A stretch of 64,000 nucleotides of DNA, taken from assembly GCA_963754925.1 (NCBI GenBank), contig CAVWHX010000003.1, positions 608,001-672,000 on the forward strand, given 5' to 3'. Origin of the DNA: an uncultured delta proteobacterium. GTDB lineage: Bacteria; Myxococcota; B64-G9. The position numbers were made by a program, and so were the translations under genes. Below, piece after piece: positions 38,859 through 48,910 of the stretch (its first letter is position 1; every line of letters begins with the position of its first letter). The notes under the pieces are model-generated. The model saw only the letters and a program-made list of their open reading frames with translations, was not told the DNA's origin and made no database searches.

Positions 38859-40706
38859 TTACCAACCGATAATATAGTAATTTAACTCCTCATCGATCAA
38901 ATCCAAGCCTGTGAGTGGTGAAGGAAGCGTGGTACTATAAGCATAGCTCGCTTGCTTACCGACGTCGGCGGTTGGGTTCATGCCCACCACGGAAAAATCT
39001 TTATATAGTACCATAATCCAGTATTTAGTGGCGGCGGAAAGCACCGTTGCTGGGAAAGGGACCTCTAGGGCCACACCGTTCAAGTTACCATTCAGAGCCA
39101 TCTCCGCTGTCTGAGCGAGTAATGATGAAGGGGATGAGTTACTGACAGCCCCATCATCGGTGTATATACCCGCTACCACCTGTTCGGTCGGACCTGATGA
39201 GAATGAAATAATCCCAAACGTATGGATGGTGATCTGTTGGCTCGGGGTAATTGAAAAGCCAGTGATTTCGTTCGGGTTAATTGCAGTAGTACTCCATGTA
39301 GTGGACTGACCCGAGAACTTGACAGGGAAACCTAAGGTCACCTTTTCACAGCTGCCACCGGAACAGCCGATTGAGCAAATTATGCCGCAATCGCCGCAGT
39401 TGTTGGTATCGGTCAGGAGATTCACGCACTGACTACTGCAAAGGGTTAGACCCGTATTGCAACTACACTTTCCCCCTACGCATGTTTGGTCCGAGGCGCA
39501 GGCATGACTGCTTCCGCATCCGCCGCAGTTATCGTGGTTGCTGGTAATGTCCACGCACACGCCACTGCAAAGAGTTAGATTCGTATCAGTGCAAACACAA
39601 TTTCCCCCTGCGCATGTTTGGTCCGAGCCGCACTTGGTGCCGCAAATCCCGCAGTTGCTAGGATCAGTCTGCAGGTTCGTACAGATAGTGGTGGAGTCAG
39701 TCGGGCAAACGTTCGGGTTATCCTCCGGGCACGAGCAGGAGCCGTCGACACAGGACACCCCCGAATTGCAGGCATTGCTACAACTCCCACAGTTGCTAGG
39801 ATCGGTCTGCAAGTTCGTACAGATGCCGGAGCAGCAGCTCTGCCCCGTACCGCAAGGAGGTGAACAGCAGTCTGTCACATGAATAGGAAACGACAACGAG
39901 GTCGAGCCCCCTTGCCCGTCTGTTACGGTAACAATAACCGTATAATCACCTACAGTGCTGATTGGAAATGTCGTAGTCGCAGTATAAACCGAAGGCACTA
40001 CACCAGATTTAGATGTCAACGTACTCGTGCTGTTTAGCGGCGTCCCGGGGGCTGGGAGGGTAGATGTAAGTTGGTAAGTAAAGGCAAAGGTCAAAGGGTC
40101 ACCATTCGAATCACTTGCCGTAACAGTAATCGTCGCGGTCTCGCAGGCCGTAATGAACTTGCCCGGAACTATGACCGGAACCTGGATAATGGGAGAATCG
40201 TTCAACATAGTGACCACGTCCAGGCCACCTTGGTTTTGAGAACACTGTACTGTAATAACGGTTTCATACGTTGAACCTGTGCTCACCGTAACTTCCTGGG
40301 GTCCAGCTTCCAGGCAGTACTGAGACTGATTTGCTTTATCTGTTGGGTCTCCTGTATTATTGATAACCGGTATGACGCATACATAGTAATTGCCGGAGGG
40401 CAATACAAACAACGAATCAGCAAAGGGATGATCTGGGCCAGCTCCCGTAGGCAGCACCGACCCCGAAAGAGGGTTGGTCGCCAATGGCACAGTCAACTGT
40501 GCAATCTCTGAAGCGGCGCAATCCTTACTGCCAACGACTTTGACATAGATGTACGTTACGTCATAGACAGGTCCATTTGGATCCACAACCATTTCCAGGT
40601 GACCGAATGATTCGGCGCTTGTTGTCGTCCCAGTACTTTTGCTTCCACAACCCATGACCATCGAAAACAAACCGAACACCAACAATCCCCATAATACGCG
40701 CTTCAT
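38859..40706 (-). CDS. Cys-rich repeat lipoprotein (myxobacterial MXAN_6577/Stigma1-like repeats)
   Basis: Lipobox VMGC; Ig-like ASDSNGDPLT segment; four C.D/N..(TD/SN)..NCG.C repeats; C-terminal beta domain. Confidence 0.7.
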   Translation of the reverse strand: MKRVLWGLLVFGLFSMVMGCGSKSTGTTTSAESFGHLEMVVDPNGPVYDVTYIYVKVVGSKDCAASEIAQLTVPLATNPLSGSVLPTGAGPDHPFADSLFVLPSGNYYVCVIPVINNTGDPTDKANQSQYCLEAGPQEVTVSTGSTYETVITVQCSQNQGGLDVVTMLNDSPIIQVPVIVPGKFITACETATITVTASDSNGDPLTFAFTYQLTSTLPAPGTPLNSTSTLTSKSGVVPSVYTATTTFPISTVGDYTVIVTVTDGQGGSTSLSFPIHVTDCCSPPCGTGQSCCSGICTNLQTDPSNCGSCSNACNSGVSCVDGSCSCPEDNPNVCPTDSTTICTNLQTDPSNCGICGTKCGSDQTCAGGNCVCTDTNLTLCSGVCVDITSNHDNCGGCGSSHACASDQTCVGGKCSCNTGLTLCSSQCVNLLTDTNNCGDCGIICSIGCSGGSCEKVTLGFPVKFSGQSTTWSTTAINPNEITGFSITPSQQITIHTFGIISFSSGPTEQVVAGIYTDDGAVSNSSPSSLLAQTAEMALNGNLNGVALEVPFPATVLSAATKYWIMVLYKDFSVVGMNPTADVGKQASYAYSTTLPSPLTGLDLIDEELNYYIIGW

Positions 40707-41077
40707 CGAACTCCTCCCTTTGAGCCTCTCATTGAAATAGAACCGAATTGCCGAGGCTCATAGGCAACTGGATTTGGACCTCGTGTAGGTCCTTACCAAG
40801 AACTGCCCCCCAACCCCAATGCCGCTGTTAATGCTCCCTCCTCACGCACCACTCGGCTTATGGTGCATGTCCCCTTTCCTCCGCTGGTAAACAAAGAAGT
40901 CTATCCCTTGTCAGAGTTCTCCCCTCTCTGACTCAGGTCCCAAAGCTGAGCGTCCCGGAGAAAAAGCTTCTCGTAATTTGGTTAGTCTCTAAATCACTCT
41001 CATCTTAGGTTGTCAAGAGAAAAAGGTGATAAAATGTGGGATACGCGTATGCCCTTTTGAGAATAGAACTAGACAGG

Positions 41078-42886
41078 CTATCGGCTGAGAACAAATATGG
41101 CCATATCGGCGAGCAGGTTCGCGTCGCCGCCGACTTCCGCTCCGGACTCGATGTCCAAAGCGATGCGCTGATGTACACGAATGGTGCGCTCACGACAGAA
41201 CAGCTCGAAGTCTGCGATGGTAAAAAAGCGTATGTTGGGGCTGTTATGCCATTTGTAGCGCAAGATGCCCGGCGATTCCGGCGCTCGGCCTTCATCCGCC
41301 AACATCCGGCGCAACTTGTAGTAGGCAAAGTTCGGGAAACTCACGATACACTGCTTGCCCACGCGCAGCATTTCATTGACGACGCGCTCAACGTCTTTGA
41401 TCGCCTGCAGGGTGTGTGACAACACTACGAAATCGAACTGCTGATCATAAAACGGTTTCAATCCTTGATTCAAATCGGCCTGAACGACATTGAAGCCGCG
41501 CTCGATACTGGCGACAACCGCTGCTTGACTCAGCTCGACGCCCATCAGCCGCTGATTCCCATGCGCTCGGAGGCGCGCAAGCAGGCTCCCGTGCCCGCAC
41601 CCAAGGTCAAGAACGCTTGCCGATGCCGGAATGAGATTTACCATTCGGTCGTAGTCCAACCGATGGGTGTGAAAGATGTTAGTCGGACTCTGAACGTACA
41701 CGTCATCGTCCACATCGGCTGGCGCTTTTTCGGCCGACGAATGGTCAGCCAGGGCAGCGGCAATCAGCGCACCGTACACCTCCACCTCGTCCTCCAGTAA
41801 AAAGGCGTCGTGACCGCAGTCGCTCGCAATCGTACAGGAGCTCACCGATCGGCCGAGTTCGATCAGGGCGTTAATTATTTCCTGCGACTGAGCGGGGGGG
41901 AAAAGCCAGTCGCTGGTGAAGCTGAGAACGAGCCACGCGCAGGCGCTCTTGGCCAGGCTGGACAACAATTGCTCGCGCGTCGGACCCAGGTTGAAGAGAT
42001 CCATGGCCAACGACAACGTTATGTAACTGTTCGCGTCAAAGCGCTCCACAAATTTGTCGCCCTGATACGCCAGATAGGATCCGACTGAAAACTTCTTTTC
42101 GAACTCCGTGGGCACGTCCCATGGCTGCAACCGATCGGCTTCAAATTTATCGGACATGGCCTGCGGCGAAAGGTACGTAATGTGCGCCAACATCCGGGCG
42201 AGCGCCAGACCGACATCCGGCCCGCCGTTGCCGTAGTACTGACCGCCGAGGAAGTTTGGGTCTCGGAGAATGGCGTTTCGCCCGATAACGTTAAACGCCA
42301 GTGCTTGCACCGTCAATCGGGGAGACGTGGCCACGGGGATAGCTATCCGTATGCGATCCGGATACTTGGTCGCCCACGCCAACACCTGATGGCCGCCCAT
42401 AGAACCGCCGATCACACCCAGGAGTTTCTGGATCCCCAAGTGGTCTATGAGGCGCCGTTGCACTTCCACCATGTCGCCGGTCGTGATCGTGGGAAAGTCC
42501 GCCCCATAGGGCCTGCCGGTGTCTGAATTGACGGTGTTCGGCCCGGTAGTGCCGCGACAGCCGCCGAGGACGTTTGAACAAATGACAAAGTACGTATCGG
42601 TGTCGATTGCCTTACCAGGCCCGACGGCGATTTCCCACCAACCCAGGTCGTCGGAATCATCGTGCCGAGCGACGTGTGAATCGCCGCTTATCGCGTGGCA
42701 GACAAGGACCGCGTTGTCACGATGTTGACTCAACTGCCCATAGGTTTCATACACAACCTTCACGTCGCACAATTGGCCGCCAAGCTCCAATGAAAGTATT
42801 CCTGAAAAAGCTACACTCTGCGCATAGTTGAGCGGTTTGGCCGATCGTAGACTATCGCTGCTTTCAACTACATCTTGTGACATCAC
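41078..42886 (-). CDS. metX: Homoserine O-acetyltransferase fused to MetW (SAM-methyltransferase fold)
   Basis: VCHAISGDSH, SNVLGGC.GTTGP, GGSMGG, RFDANSY, GHDAFL; C-terminal VLDLGCGHG, VVLSHTLQ, IVSFPNF, SPNIRFFT. Confidence 0.9.
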   Translation of the reverse strand: MMSQDVVESSDSLRSAKPLNYAQSVAFSGILSLELGGQLCDVKVVYETYGQLSQHRDNAVLVCHAISGDSHVARHDDSDDLGWWEIAVGPGKAIDTDTYFVICSNVLGGCRGTTGPNTVNSDTGRPYGADFPTITTGDMVEVQRRLIDHLGIQKLLGVIGGSMGGHQVLAWATKYPDRIRIAIPVATSPRLTVQALAFNVIGRNAILRDPNFLGGQYYGNGGPDVGLALARMLAHITYLSPQAMSDKFEADRLQPWDVPTEFEKKFSVGSYLAYQGDKFVERFDANSYITLSLAMDLFNLGPTREQLLSSLAKSACAWLVLSFTSDWLFPPAQSQEIINALIELGRSVSSCTIASDCGHDAFLLEDEVEVYGALIAAALADHSSAEKAPADVDDDVYVQSPTNIFHTHRLDYDRMVNLIPASASVLDLGCGHGSLLARLRAHGNQRLMGVELSQAAVVASIERGFNVVQADLNQGLKPFYDQQFDFVVLSHTLQAIKDVERVVNEMLRVGKQCIVSFPNFAYYKLRRMLADEGRAPESPGILRYKWHNSPNIRFFTIADFELFCRERTIRVHQRIALDIESGAEVGGDANLLADMAIFVLSR

Positions 42887-43023
42887 TAGTTACCACCTTC
42901 AGAACGACATTCTTACTACCTTGCGCTTCTAAACCACAAGTAGTTTATATTGTCAATCGGAATACTGTACTATTCACTGTCTACCGGATAACATTTATTT
43001 ATAAAAATATTTTCTAGTTGCTC

Positions 43024-43077
43024 TTGACATACTGAATGAAATATGCATAATGTTCGACAATATCGAACAGTGTTCGA
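43024..43077 (+). promoter_or_regulatory. sigma70 promoter with overlapping IclR-type palindromic operators
   Basis: TTGACA-16 nt-CATAAT followed by TGTTCGA-N5-TCGAACA-G-TGTTCGA (three alternating half-sites). Confidence 0.65.
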
Positions 43078-43097
43078 TATTTCAAGTGGAGCGATAT

Positions 43098-43910
43098 ATG
43101 GACACCAAAAAACGACTTATCCAATCTATAAAAAAGGCCTCAGCTATCCTGGCGTTGTTCAGTAACGATAAAAAACCTCTAGGTATTACCGACCTTACCC
43201 GCAGGCTTAATCTGCCCAAGGCCACCATCGCGACGATCGTTGCCACCCTGGAAGCTATCGGGTATTTGGAAAAGGACCCCTTTAGCACGAAATACCGTTT
43301 CGGTCCCCAATTGGTGCAACTCGGCATTAGGTGCGTCGCAAGCTTGGATCTTATTACTATCGCAAGGGCTTGGATGGAGCGTTTCAGTTTCCAATTCATG
43401 GAACCCATAAATCTTGGAATGCTCGTGGGTGACAGCGTAACGATCATTATGCGCGTCGAGCCTGAGAATCGTTACATGACTTTTCCGCTGTCAGGCTCCA
43501 CTGTTCCGCTGCATACGACCTGTATCGGCAAAGCAATCTTGGCCTATATGGACCGGGCCAAGCGTAATCAACTCCTGGAAAATTATATGTTCATACAGCT
43601 AACCCCCAACACCATAACGACCAAGGTAAAGTTCTTGCAAGAATTGGCTCAAGTCAAAAAAACCGGCGTGAGCTTCGATCGCCAGGAATCCATCACCGGT
43701 TTGGCCGGAATCGGCGGACCGATTTTCAACCATGCAGGCGTGGTCATCGCGGCCTTTGCCGTCAGTGGGAACGCGGAACGGATCAATCAACTAAGCAAGG
43801 AAATCGTAGAAGCAGTGAAATTTACCACACAACAGGTCTCGTCTATGCTCGGATATTCCCCAATAAAAACGAATTCAGTATTAGGAGGCAACCATGACGT
43901 ATCAAGATAA
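43098..43910 (+). CDS. IclR-family transcriptional regulator
   Basis: IQSIKKA..IL, HTH LPKATI, PLHTTCIGKAILA, GVSFDRQESITG, PIFN..G..IAA. Confidence 0.92.
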   Translation: MDTKKRLIQSIKKASAILALFSNDKKPLGITDLTRRLNLPKATIATIVATLEAIGYLEKDPFSTKYRFGPQLVQLGIRCVASLDLITIARAWMERFSFQFMEPINLGMLVGDSVTIIMRVEPENRYMTFPLSGSTVPLHTTCIGKAILAYMDRAKRNQLLENYMFIQLTPNTITTKVKFLQELAQVKKTGVSFDRQESITGLAGIGGPIFNHAGVVIAAFAVSGNAERINQLSKEIVEAVKFTTQQVSSMLGYSPIKTNSVLGGNHDVSR

Positions 43911-44937
43911 AACTGTATTATTCGTAGGCGCCGGAGCTATTGGAGCCTCGGTGGCTGCCTGGGTCGTTCCGTATCATGCCAAGCTCTTCGTCATGGATAT
44001 CGGTGAGGTGCAAACCGCCTTAAAAAATACCGGCATTACGGTCTATCAGGTGGATAAACCGCAACAGACCAGACAGACTGTGCGGGTCAGAACCATCGAT
44101 CGGATTGAAGAATTGCCCGATGTCGACATTATCATCATGGGTGTCAAAAACTACAGCCTTCCTGCCATTGCCGAGATGCTGAAGAAAACCGTCGGCGATC
44201 GGCCGATCATCGTCTCCATGGCCAATGGAACAGATAACCAAACCATCCTGCCGCGGTATTTTTCCAAGATAATCTATACCGTCGTTAGCTTCAATGCCCG
44301 TCGTGACGAACCGGTGGTGGTGGGCTATCAGAAAAAAGGTCCTTTGTTGATCGGCACGCCGGATAACTCTTTAAAAGATGAACTCAAGATAGTGCAGGCG
44401 ATCCTGGGAAGCGGGTGCAAAACCATCATCGTGGATCACTTGGCGGACGCAGTGCACAGCAAGATTGTGATGAACCTCACCAACGCGTTGGATACTCTGG
44501 TTGGGCAAGGCTTCCGACCGGTATCGAATTTCGGAATATATCAGAAGCTGCTGACCAACACCTTATGGGAAGGGGTAACGATCATCAAGGCCGCCGGATT
44601 CAAGGAATGCAAGATGGGCGGTATGCCCTCCTTCTTTTTACTTCACTTGGGGATCCTTATGCCCGCCTGGATCGCCCGACCGATCTTCAAGCACAAGATC
44701 AAAACCATGGTTATGTCGAGCATGACCCAGGATATTCTGCTCCGTGACTCCGGCATGAGCGAGATCGATTCCCTCACTGGTTACATTGTGCGTTTGGCGG
44801 AAAAACATAACGTTCCCGCGCCCTATAACAAAACCATCTACAGGCTGGCAAAGGACCGTTTCGGTCCCGGATTTCAGCCCATGCGTTGCGAGGATATTTT
44901 GGCTGAAGTCGAGAAAGCCAAACGGTCGGAGACTTGA
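43894..44937 (+). CDS. Ketopantoate reductase (PanE/ApbA)-family 2-keto-acid reductase
   Basis: GAGAIG, GVKNY, MANG, SKIVMN, SSMTQD, SEIDSLTG. Confidence 0.85.
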   Translation: MTYQDKTVLFVGAGAIGASVAAWVVPYHAKLFVMDIGEVQTALKNTGITVYQVDKPQQTRQTVRVRTIDRIEELPDVDIIIMGVKNYSLPAIAEMLKKTVGDRPIIVSMANGTDNQTILPRYFSKIIYTVVSFNARRDEPVVVGYQKKGPLLIGTPDNSLKDELKIVQAILGSGCKTIIVDHLADAVHSKIVMNLTNALDTLVGQGFRPVSNFGIYQKLLTNTLWEGVTIIKAAGFKECKMGGMPSFFLLHLGILMPAWIARPIFKHKIKTMVMSSMTQDILLRDSGMSEIDSLTGYIVRLAEKHNVPAPYNKTIYRLAKDRFGPGFQPMRCEDILAEVEKAKRSET

Positions 44938-44976
44938 CAAAACATCATCCCGACAACGCTGCAAAGGAGAATTACC

Positions 44977-46701
44977 ATGAAAAAAACTGGCGCGTGGCTT
45001 ACGCGTTACGCTTTGGAACAGCTGCCCATCAGCCATACCTTCGGTATCCCGGGCATGCAGAACACCGAAATCTACGACGAGATTAATCTCTCGAAAAAGA
45101 TTACCCCTATTCTGGTCACCCATGAGTTGGGCGCTTCTTTTGCCGCCGACGGCCTGAGCCGATCCTCGTCGAATGTCGGCGTAGCCTTGATTGTTCCAGG
45201 CGCCGGCCTTACGAACGCCATGAGCGGTATTTGTGAGGCCTTACTTGACGGCATCCCGATTCTAGTCATCGCCGGCTCCGCTCGCCTGGATATAGGCAAA
45301 CATTATCAATTACACCAGCTCGATCAGCAGAGGTTGGCCGATGGCGCAATAAAAAAGGGCTATCACATAAAAACCCACGCCGAGATCGTCCCGACAATTT
45401 TCGACGCCTTTACCACCGCAACCTCGGGTTGCCCGGGCCCAGTTTTCATCGAGATCCCGGTCGAGATTCAGATGATGGAGGGCGAGGTTGGCGATCTGCC
45501 GCTGTATCGACCTCACGAGTCACTGCCACCTTCCTCGGAGGCCGTGCAAGCCGCGGTGGAACTCATCAAGCAGGCCAAACATCCCGGCATTTTCGCCGGG
45601 TGGGGTTGCAGGGATGCAACCGCGCAACTTACTCGATTGGCCGAACTCCTCCAGGCCCCCGTGGCATTGACCATGCAAGGTTACGGGGTCTTTCCGGGTA
45701 CGCACCCTCTGCACGCCGGAATGAGCTTCGGCGCCTCGGCCGTCCCAGCGGCCCGTAACGCCTTTAAAAATTGCGACTGCCTTATCGCCGTTGCCACCCG
45801 CTTCGCCGAAGTGGCCACCGGCAGTTATGGGGTGACGGTGCCGGCCAATCTCATCCATATCGACATCGACCCCACGGTCTTTGATAAAAACTACCCGGCT
45901 AAGGTGAAGATTGCTGGCGATGCAGCCAAAAGCCTGGAAGCCTTAATACACTCACTGGAGGAGCAAGGCGTCTCCCGACCTGAAAACCAAGCACTCAAGG
46001 AACAGATCAAAAAAGACAAAGAGGCTTATTTCAAGTCGTGGGCCGACAAACGATTCCACGGAGTCAATCCAGCGGTATTCCTACGCATTCTCAGCGATGA
46101 GATGGATCCGGATGACTATGTCCTATCGGACGTCGGCAATCACACGTTTCTTATGGCCGAGCATTTTATGGTGAAGAAGGCGGGACATTTCATCGCCCCT
46201 TGCGATTTTAACTGCATGGGCTATGGCGTACCGGCCGCCTTAGGAGTCAAGCTTGCAAATCCCGATCATTTGGTGGCGGCGGTCATCGGGGACGGTTGTT
46301 TTTTGATGACCGGGATGGAGACGCTCACCGCCTCGGCCAACCATGCTGGAATCATATACTGTGTTTTCCATGACGGCGAACTGGCCCAGATCTCTCAGAC
46401 CCAACAACTGCCGTACGGGAACAAGACCTGCACCGTCTTGCCGGAGTTCAGTCTTTACGGTATGGCGCTGGCCACCGGCGCGGCCTACATAGAGATCAAC
46501 GACGATGAGGCAATTGCCCCGGCCCTGCGCGAAGCCCGCTATATTGCAGCCAAGGGTCAGCCCGTCATCATAGATGTGTGCGTTGACTACTCAAAGAAGA
46601 CCGCTTACACCAAAGGGGTGATTAAGACCAATCTGGCGCGCTTCCCTTTGAACACCCGAATACGCCTCGTATCCCGGGCGATACTAAAACGCTTGTCCTA
46701 A
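44977..46701 (+). CDS. Thiamine-diphosphate enzyme, acetolactate-synthase-like family
   Basis: FGIPG, HELGASFAADG, GPVFIEIP, CMGYGVPAALG, GDGCFLM. Confidence 0.88.
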   Translation: MKKTGAWLTRYALEQLPISHTFGIPGMQNTEIYDEINLSKKITPILVTHELGASFAADGLSRSSSNVGVALIVPGAGLTNAMSGICEALLDGIPILVIAGSARLDIGKHYQLHQLDQQRLADGAIKKGYHIKTHAEIVPTIFDAFTTATSGCPGPVFIEIPVEIQMMEGEVGDLPLYRPHESLPPSSEAVQAAVELIKQAKHPGIFAGWGCRDATAQLTRLAELLQAPVALTMQGYGVFPGTHPLHAGMSFGASAVPAARNAFKNCDCLIAVATRFAEVATGSYGVTVPANLIHIDIDPTVFDKNYPAKVKIAGDAAKSLEALIHSLEEQGVSRPENQALKEQIKKDKEAYFKSWADKRFHGVNPAVFLRILSDEMDPDDYVLSDVGNHTFLMAEHFMVKKAGHFIAPCDFNCMGYGVPAALGVKLANPDHLVAAVIGDGCFLMTGMETLTASANHAGIIYCVFHDGELAQISQTQQLPYGNKTCTVLPEFSLYGMALATGAAYIEINDDEAIAPALREARYIAAKGQPVIIDVCVDYSKKTAYTKGVIKTNLARFPLNTRIRLVSRAILKRLS

Positions 46702-46729
46702 CAGGCAGCTTAGCCCCTAGGAACCCATC

Positions 46730-48373
46730 ATGAAAAAACCAAAAAGCGAAAGCATTTTTAATGATAAGGATTTTCCCCTCAACCTAATCCGAGGAAATTT
46801 TTTCTATGGAACCGGTTATGAGATAAACGAACTGAAAGAAAAGCCGATTATCGGCATCGTAAATTCTCAGACCGATATCAATCCGGGGCATGTTCATCTT
46901 GATACGATCGCGAGCCGGGTCAAGGAGGGCGTCCACGCGGCGGGCGGTCTTCCCTTCGAGTTCGGCGTTCCTGCGCCCTGCGATGGCATGACAGAAGGGC
47001 ACGAGGGGATGCGCTATGTCCTTGCCCAGCGCGATCTGATCGCCGATATCGTCGAAACGCACGTACGCAGCATGCTCTATGACGGCCTGGTCTTCATCGC
47101 GAGTTGCGACAAGATCATTCCCGGCATGATAATGGCGGCCGCCCGGCTGAAGCTGCCGTCGATATTCATCACCGGCGGGCCCAACGCAATGCTTATCCGG
47201 TTCAGGAAAAGCATGAAGGGAAGCGTGGATCAGAATTCCTATACCGATGTCATGGACAAGCTGGCAACGAACACCTGTGCCACCTGTGGCTCCTGTGAGT
47301 TCATGGGCACAGCGAACACGATGCAATGCCTAACCGAGGCGCTGGGGCTTTCGATCCCTCGCTCTGCCAGTGTACCGGCCTATGGTACCGAGAAACTGAT
47401 GTTCGCGCGTCAGACCGGGAAGCGCATCGTCAGCATGGTGGAGGAGGGCCTGACATCTGACAGAATCCTCACCATGAAAGCGATCGAAAACGCCCTTATG
47501 GTAGACCTGGCGATTGGCGGATCAACTAACTCCGCGTTGCATCTTCCGGCAATAGCACACTCTTGTGGCATAGAACTGCCGCTGAAAGCATTCAACATTT
47601 TTTCCAAAAAGATACCGACTCTTTGCGCCATTACGCCGAATGGGCCCTATGGCATCACCGATTTCTATATCGCCGGCGGTGTCCCAGCTGTAATGAACCG
47701 ACTAAAGGATGACCTACATGGCGATGCCCTTAGTGTAACCGGTGCGACTATCGGAGAGATCGCGGCTGAAGCGAAAATCCTTGATGATGAGGTGATCCCC
47801 GATAAAACCAGACCCTATTTAGCCGAAGGAGGAACGGTAGTATTATACGGCAACCTCGCGCCTGACGGCTCTGTAGTCAAGCAGTCGGCAGTGGCGTCGG
47901 ACATGCACGTCTTCACCGGTCTGGCCCGCGTCTTCGAGTCTGAAGCGGACTGCCTCAAGGCTCTTCACGAGAGGTCCATAAAAGAGGGGGAAGCGGTGGT
48001 CATACGAAACGAAGGGCCCCGTGGAGGACCTGGAATGCCGGAAACGTTGATGGTAACCGTCATGCTTAAGCTTCTCGGATTTAAAAAGGTGGCACTTGTC
48101 ACCGACGGACGCTTTTCGGGCTATTCGTCGGGACCCTGCATTGGCCACGTGTCGCCGGAGGCGAATGTCGGGGGGCCCATTGCCGTCGTACGGGACGGCG
48201 ACGAAATTATGATCGATATACCGGGACGTCGCATTGAAGTCCATCTCACCGATGATGAAATCGCGAGCCGGCTCAAGGAGTGGAAGCCGGTACGGAGGGA
48301 AATTCCTTTTGGGTACATGAGGCGTTACGCTAACTATGTGAGCTCTGCGGCTCAAGGGGCTGTATTGGAATAA
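46730..48373 (+). CDS. IlvD/EDD-family dihydroxy-acid dehydratase
   Basis: NPGH, PCDG, SCDKIIPG, GSCEFMGTANTM, GGSTN, GPRGGPGMPE, TDGRFSG, GHVSPEA. Confidence 0.9.
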   Translation: MKKPKSESIFNDKDFPLNLIRGNFFYGTGYEINELKEKPIIGIVNSQTDINPGHVHLDTIASRVKEGVHAAGGLPFEFGVPAPCDGMTEGHEGMRYVLAQRDLIADIVETHVRSMLYDGLVFIASCDKIIPGMIMAAARLKLPSIFITGGPNAMLIRFRKSMKGSVDQNSYTDVMDKLATNTCATCGSCEFMGTANTMQCLTEALGLSIPRSASVPAYGTEKLMFARQTGKRIVSMVEEGLTSDRILTMKAIENALMVDLAIGGSTNSALHLPAIAHSCGIELPLKAFNIFSKKIPTLCAITPNGPYGITDFYIAGGVPAVMNRLKDDLHGDALSVTGATIGEIAAEAKILDDEVIPDKTRPYLAEGGTVVLYGNLAPDGSVVKQSAVASDMHVFTGLARVFESEADCLKALHERSIKEGEAVVIRNEGPRGGPGMPETLMVTVMLKLLGFKKVALVTDGRFSGYSSGPCIGHVSPEANVGGPIAVVRDGDEIMIDIPGRRIEVHLTDDEIASRLKEWKPVRREIPFGYMRRYANYVSSAAQGAVLE

Positions 48374-48442
48374 AACGTCTGCGCTGCGCCGCAGTCATTT
48401 CATTCTTTTTGGTTTAGGGCTTTATTGTTAAGGAGCACCCGC

Positions 48443-48910
48443 ATGAAATCAGTTTATCACTGTAACTATTTGACCGGCTTGAGATTGAAGATATTTCTCT
48501 CGGTTGCTGACAGCATTATTCCGCCTACTCCTGATTCGCCCGGCGGCGGCACCATGATTACGGCCGGTATAGTCGATTGGGCGATCTCCCGTTTGCAAAG
48601 TCCATTGCGTATACAACTAATGGTTTTTTTGTATGCGATAGAATGCCTTGGAATAGTATTCGGGGGCAAGTTCTTCAGCCACAATAGCAAAAATATAAAA
48701 AATCGTGAGCTTCGCTGGTTGGAAAATAACCCTCTGCGTGGCTTGCGCCTCGGCTTTTTCGGCATCAAAAATTTTATTTGCATGGGGTATTACACCCGCG
48801 AGGAGGTGTGGAACGTCATCCGCTATCCAGGCCCCATCGAACCCGACAGACCATACCCCGACGGCACTATTAGATCGTTGAGCCGGGGCACGATCGAGGT
48901 GGTCGGATGA
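48443..48910 (+). CDS. Gluconate-2-dehydrogenase subunit-3-like partner of GMC oxidoreductase
   Basis: VADSIIP..PG, FFGIKNFICMGYY...W..IRYPGP; ATGA overlap with GMC gene. Confidence 0.65.
   Translation: MKSVYHCNYLTGLRLKIFLSVADSIIPPTPDSPGGGTMITAGIVDWAISRLQSPLRIQLMVFLYAIECLGIVFGGKFFSHNSKNIKNRELRWLENNPLRGLRLGFFGIKNFICMGYYTREEVWNVIRYPGPIEPDRPYPDGTIRSLSRGTIEVVG

Noticed and set aside
40880..40990. Possible c-di-GMP-I riboswitch on the minus strand (GGGACGC...)
   Set aside because: Lacks the GGCAAA and GAAA tetraloop and the GCAAAG junction; cannot be supported without an Rfam search.
44977..48373. Calling the ThDP enzyme and dehydratase ilvB and ilvD
   Set aside because: No regulatory small subunit or ilvC, and the IclR/GMC context argues against branched-chain biosynthesis, so symbols were withheld.
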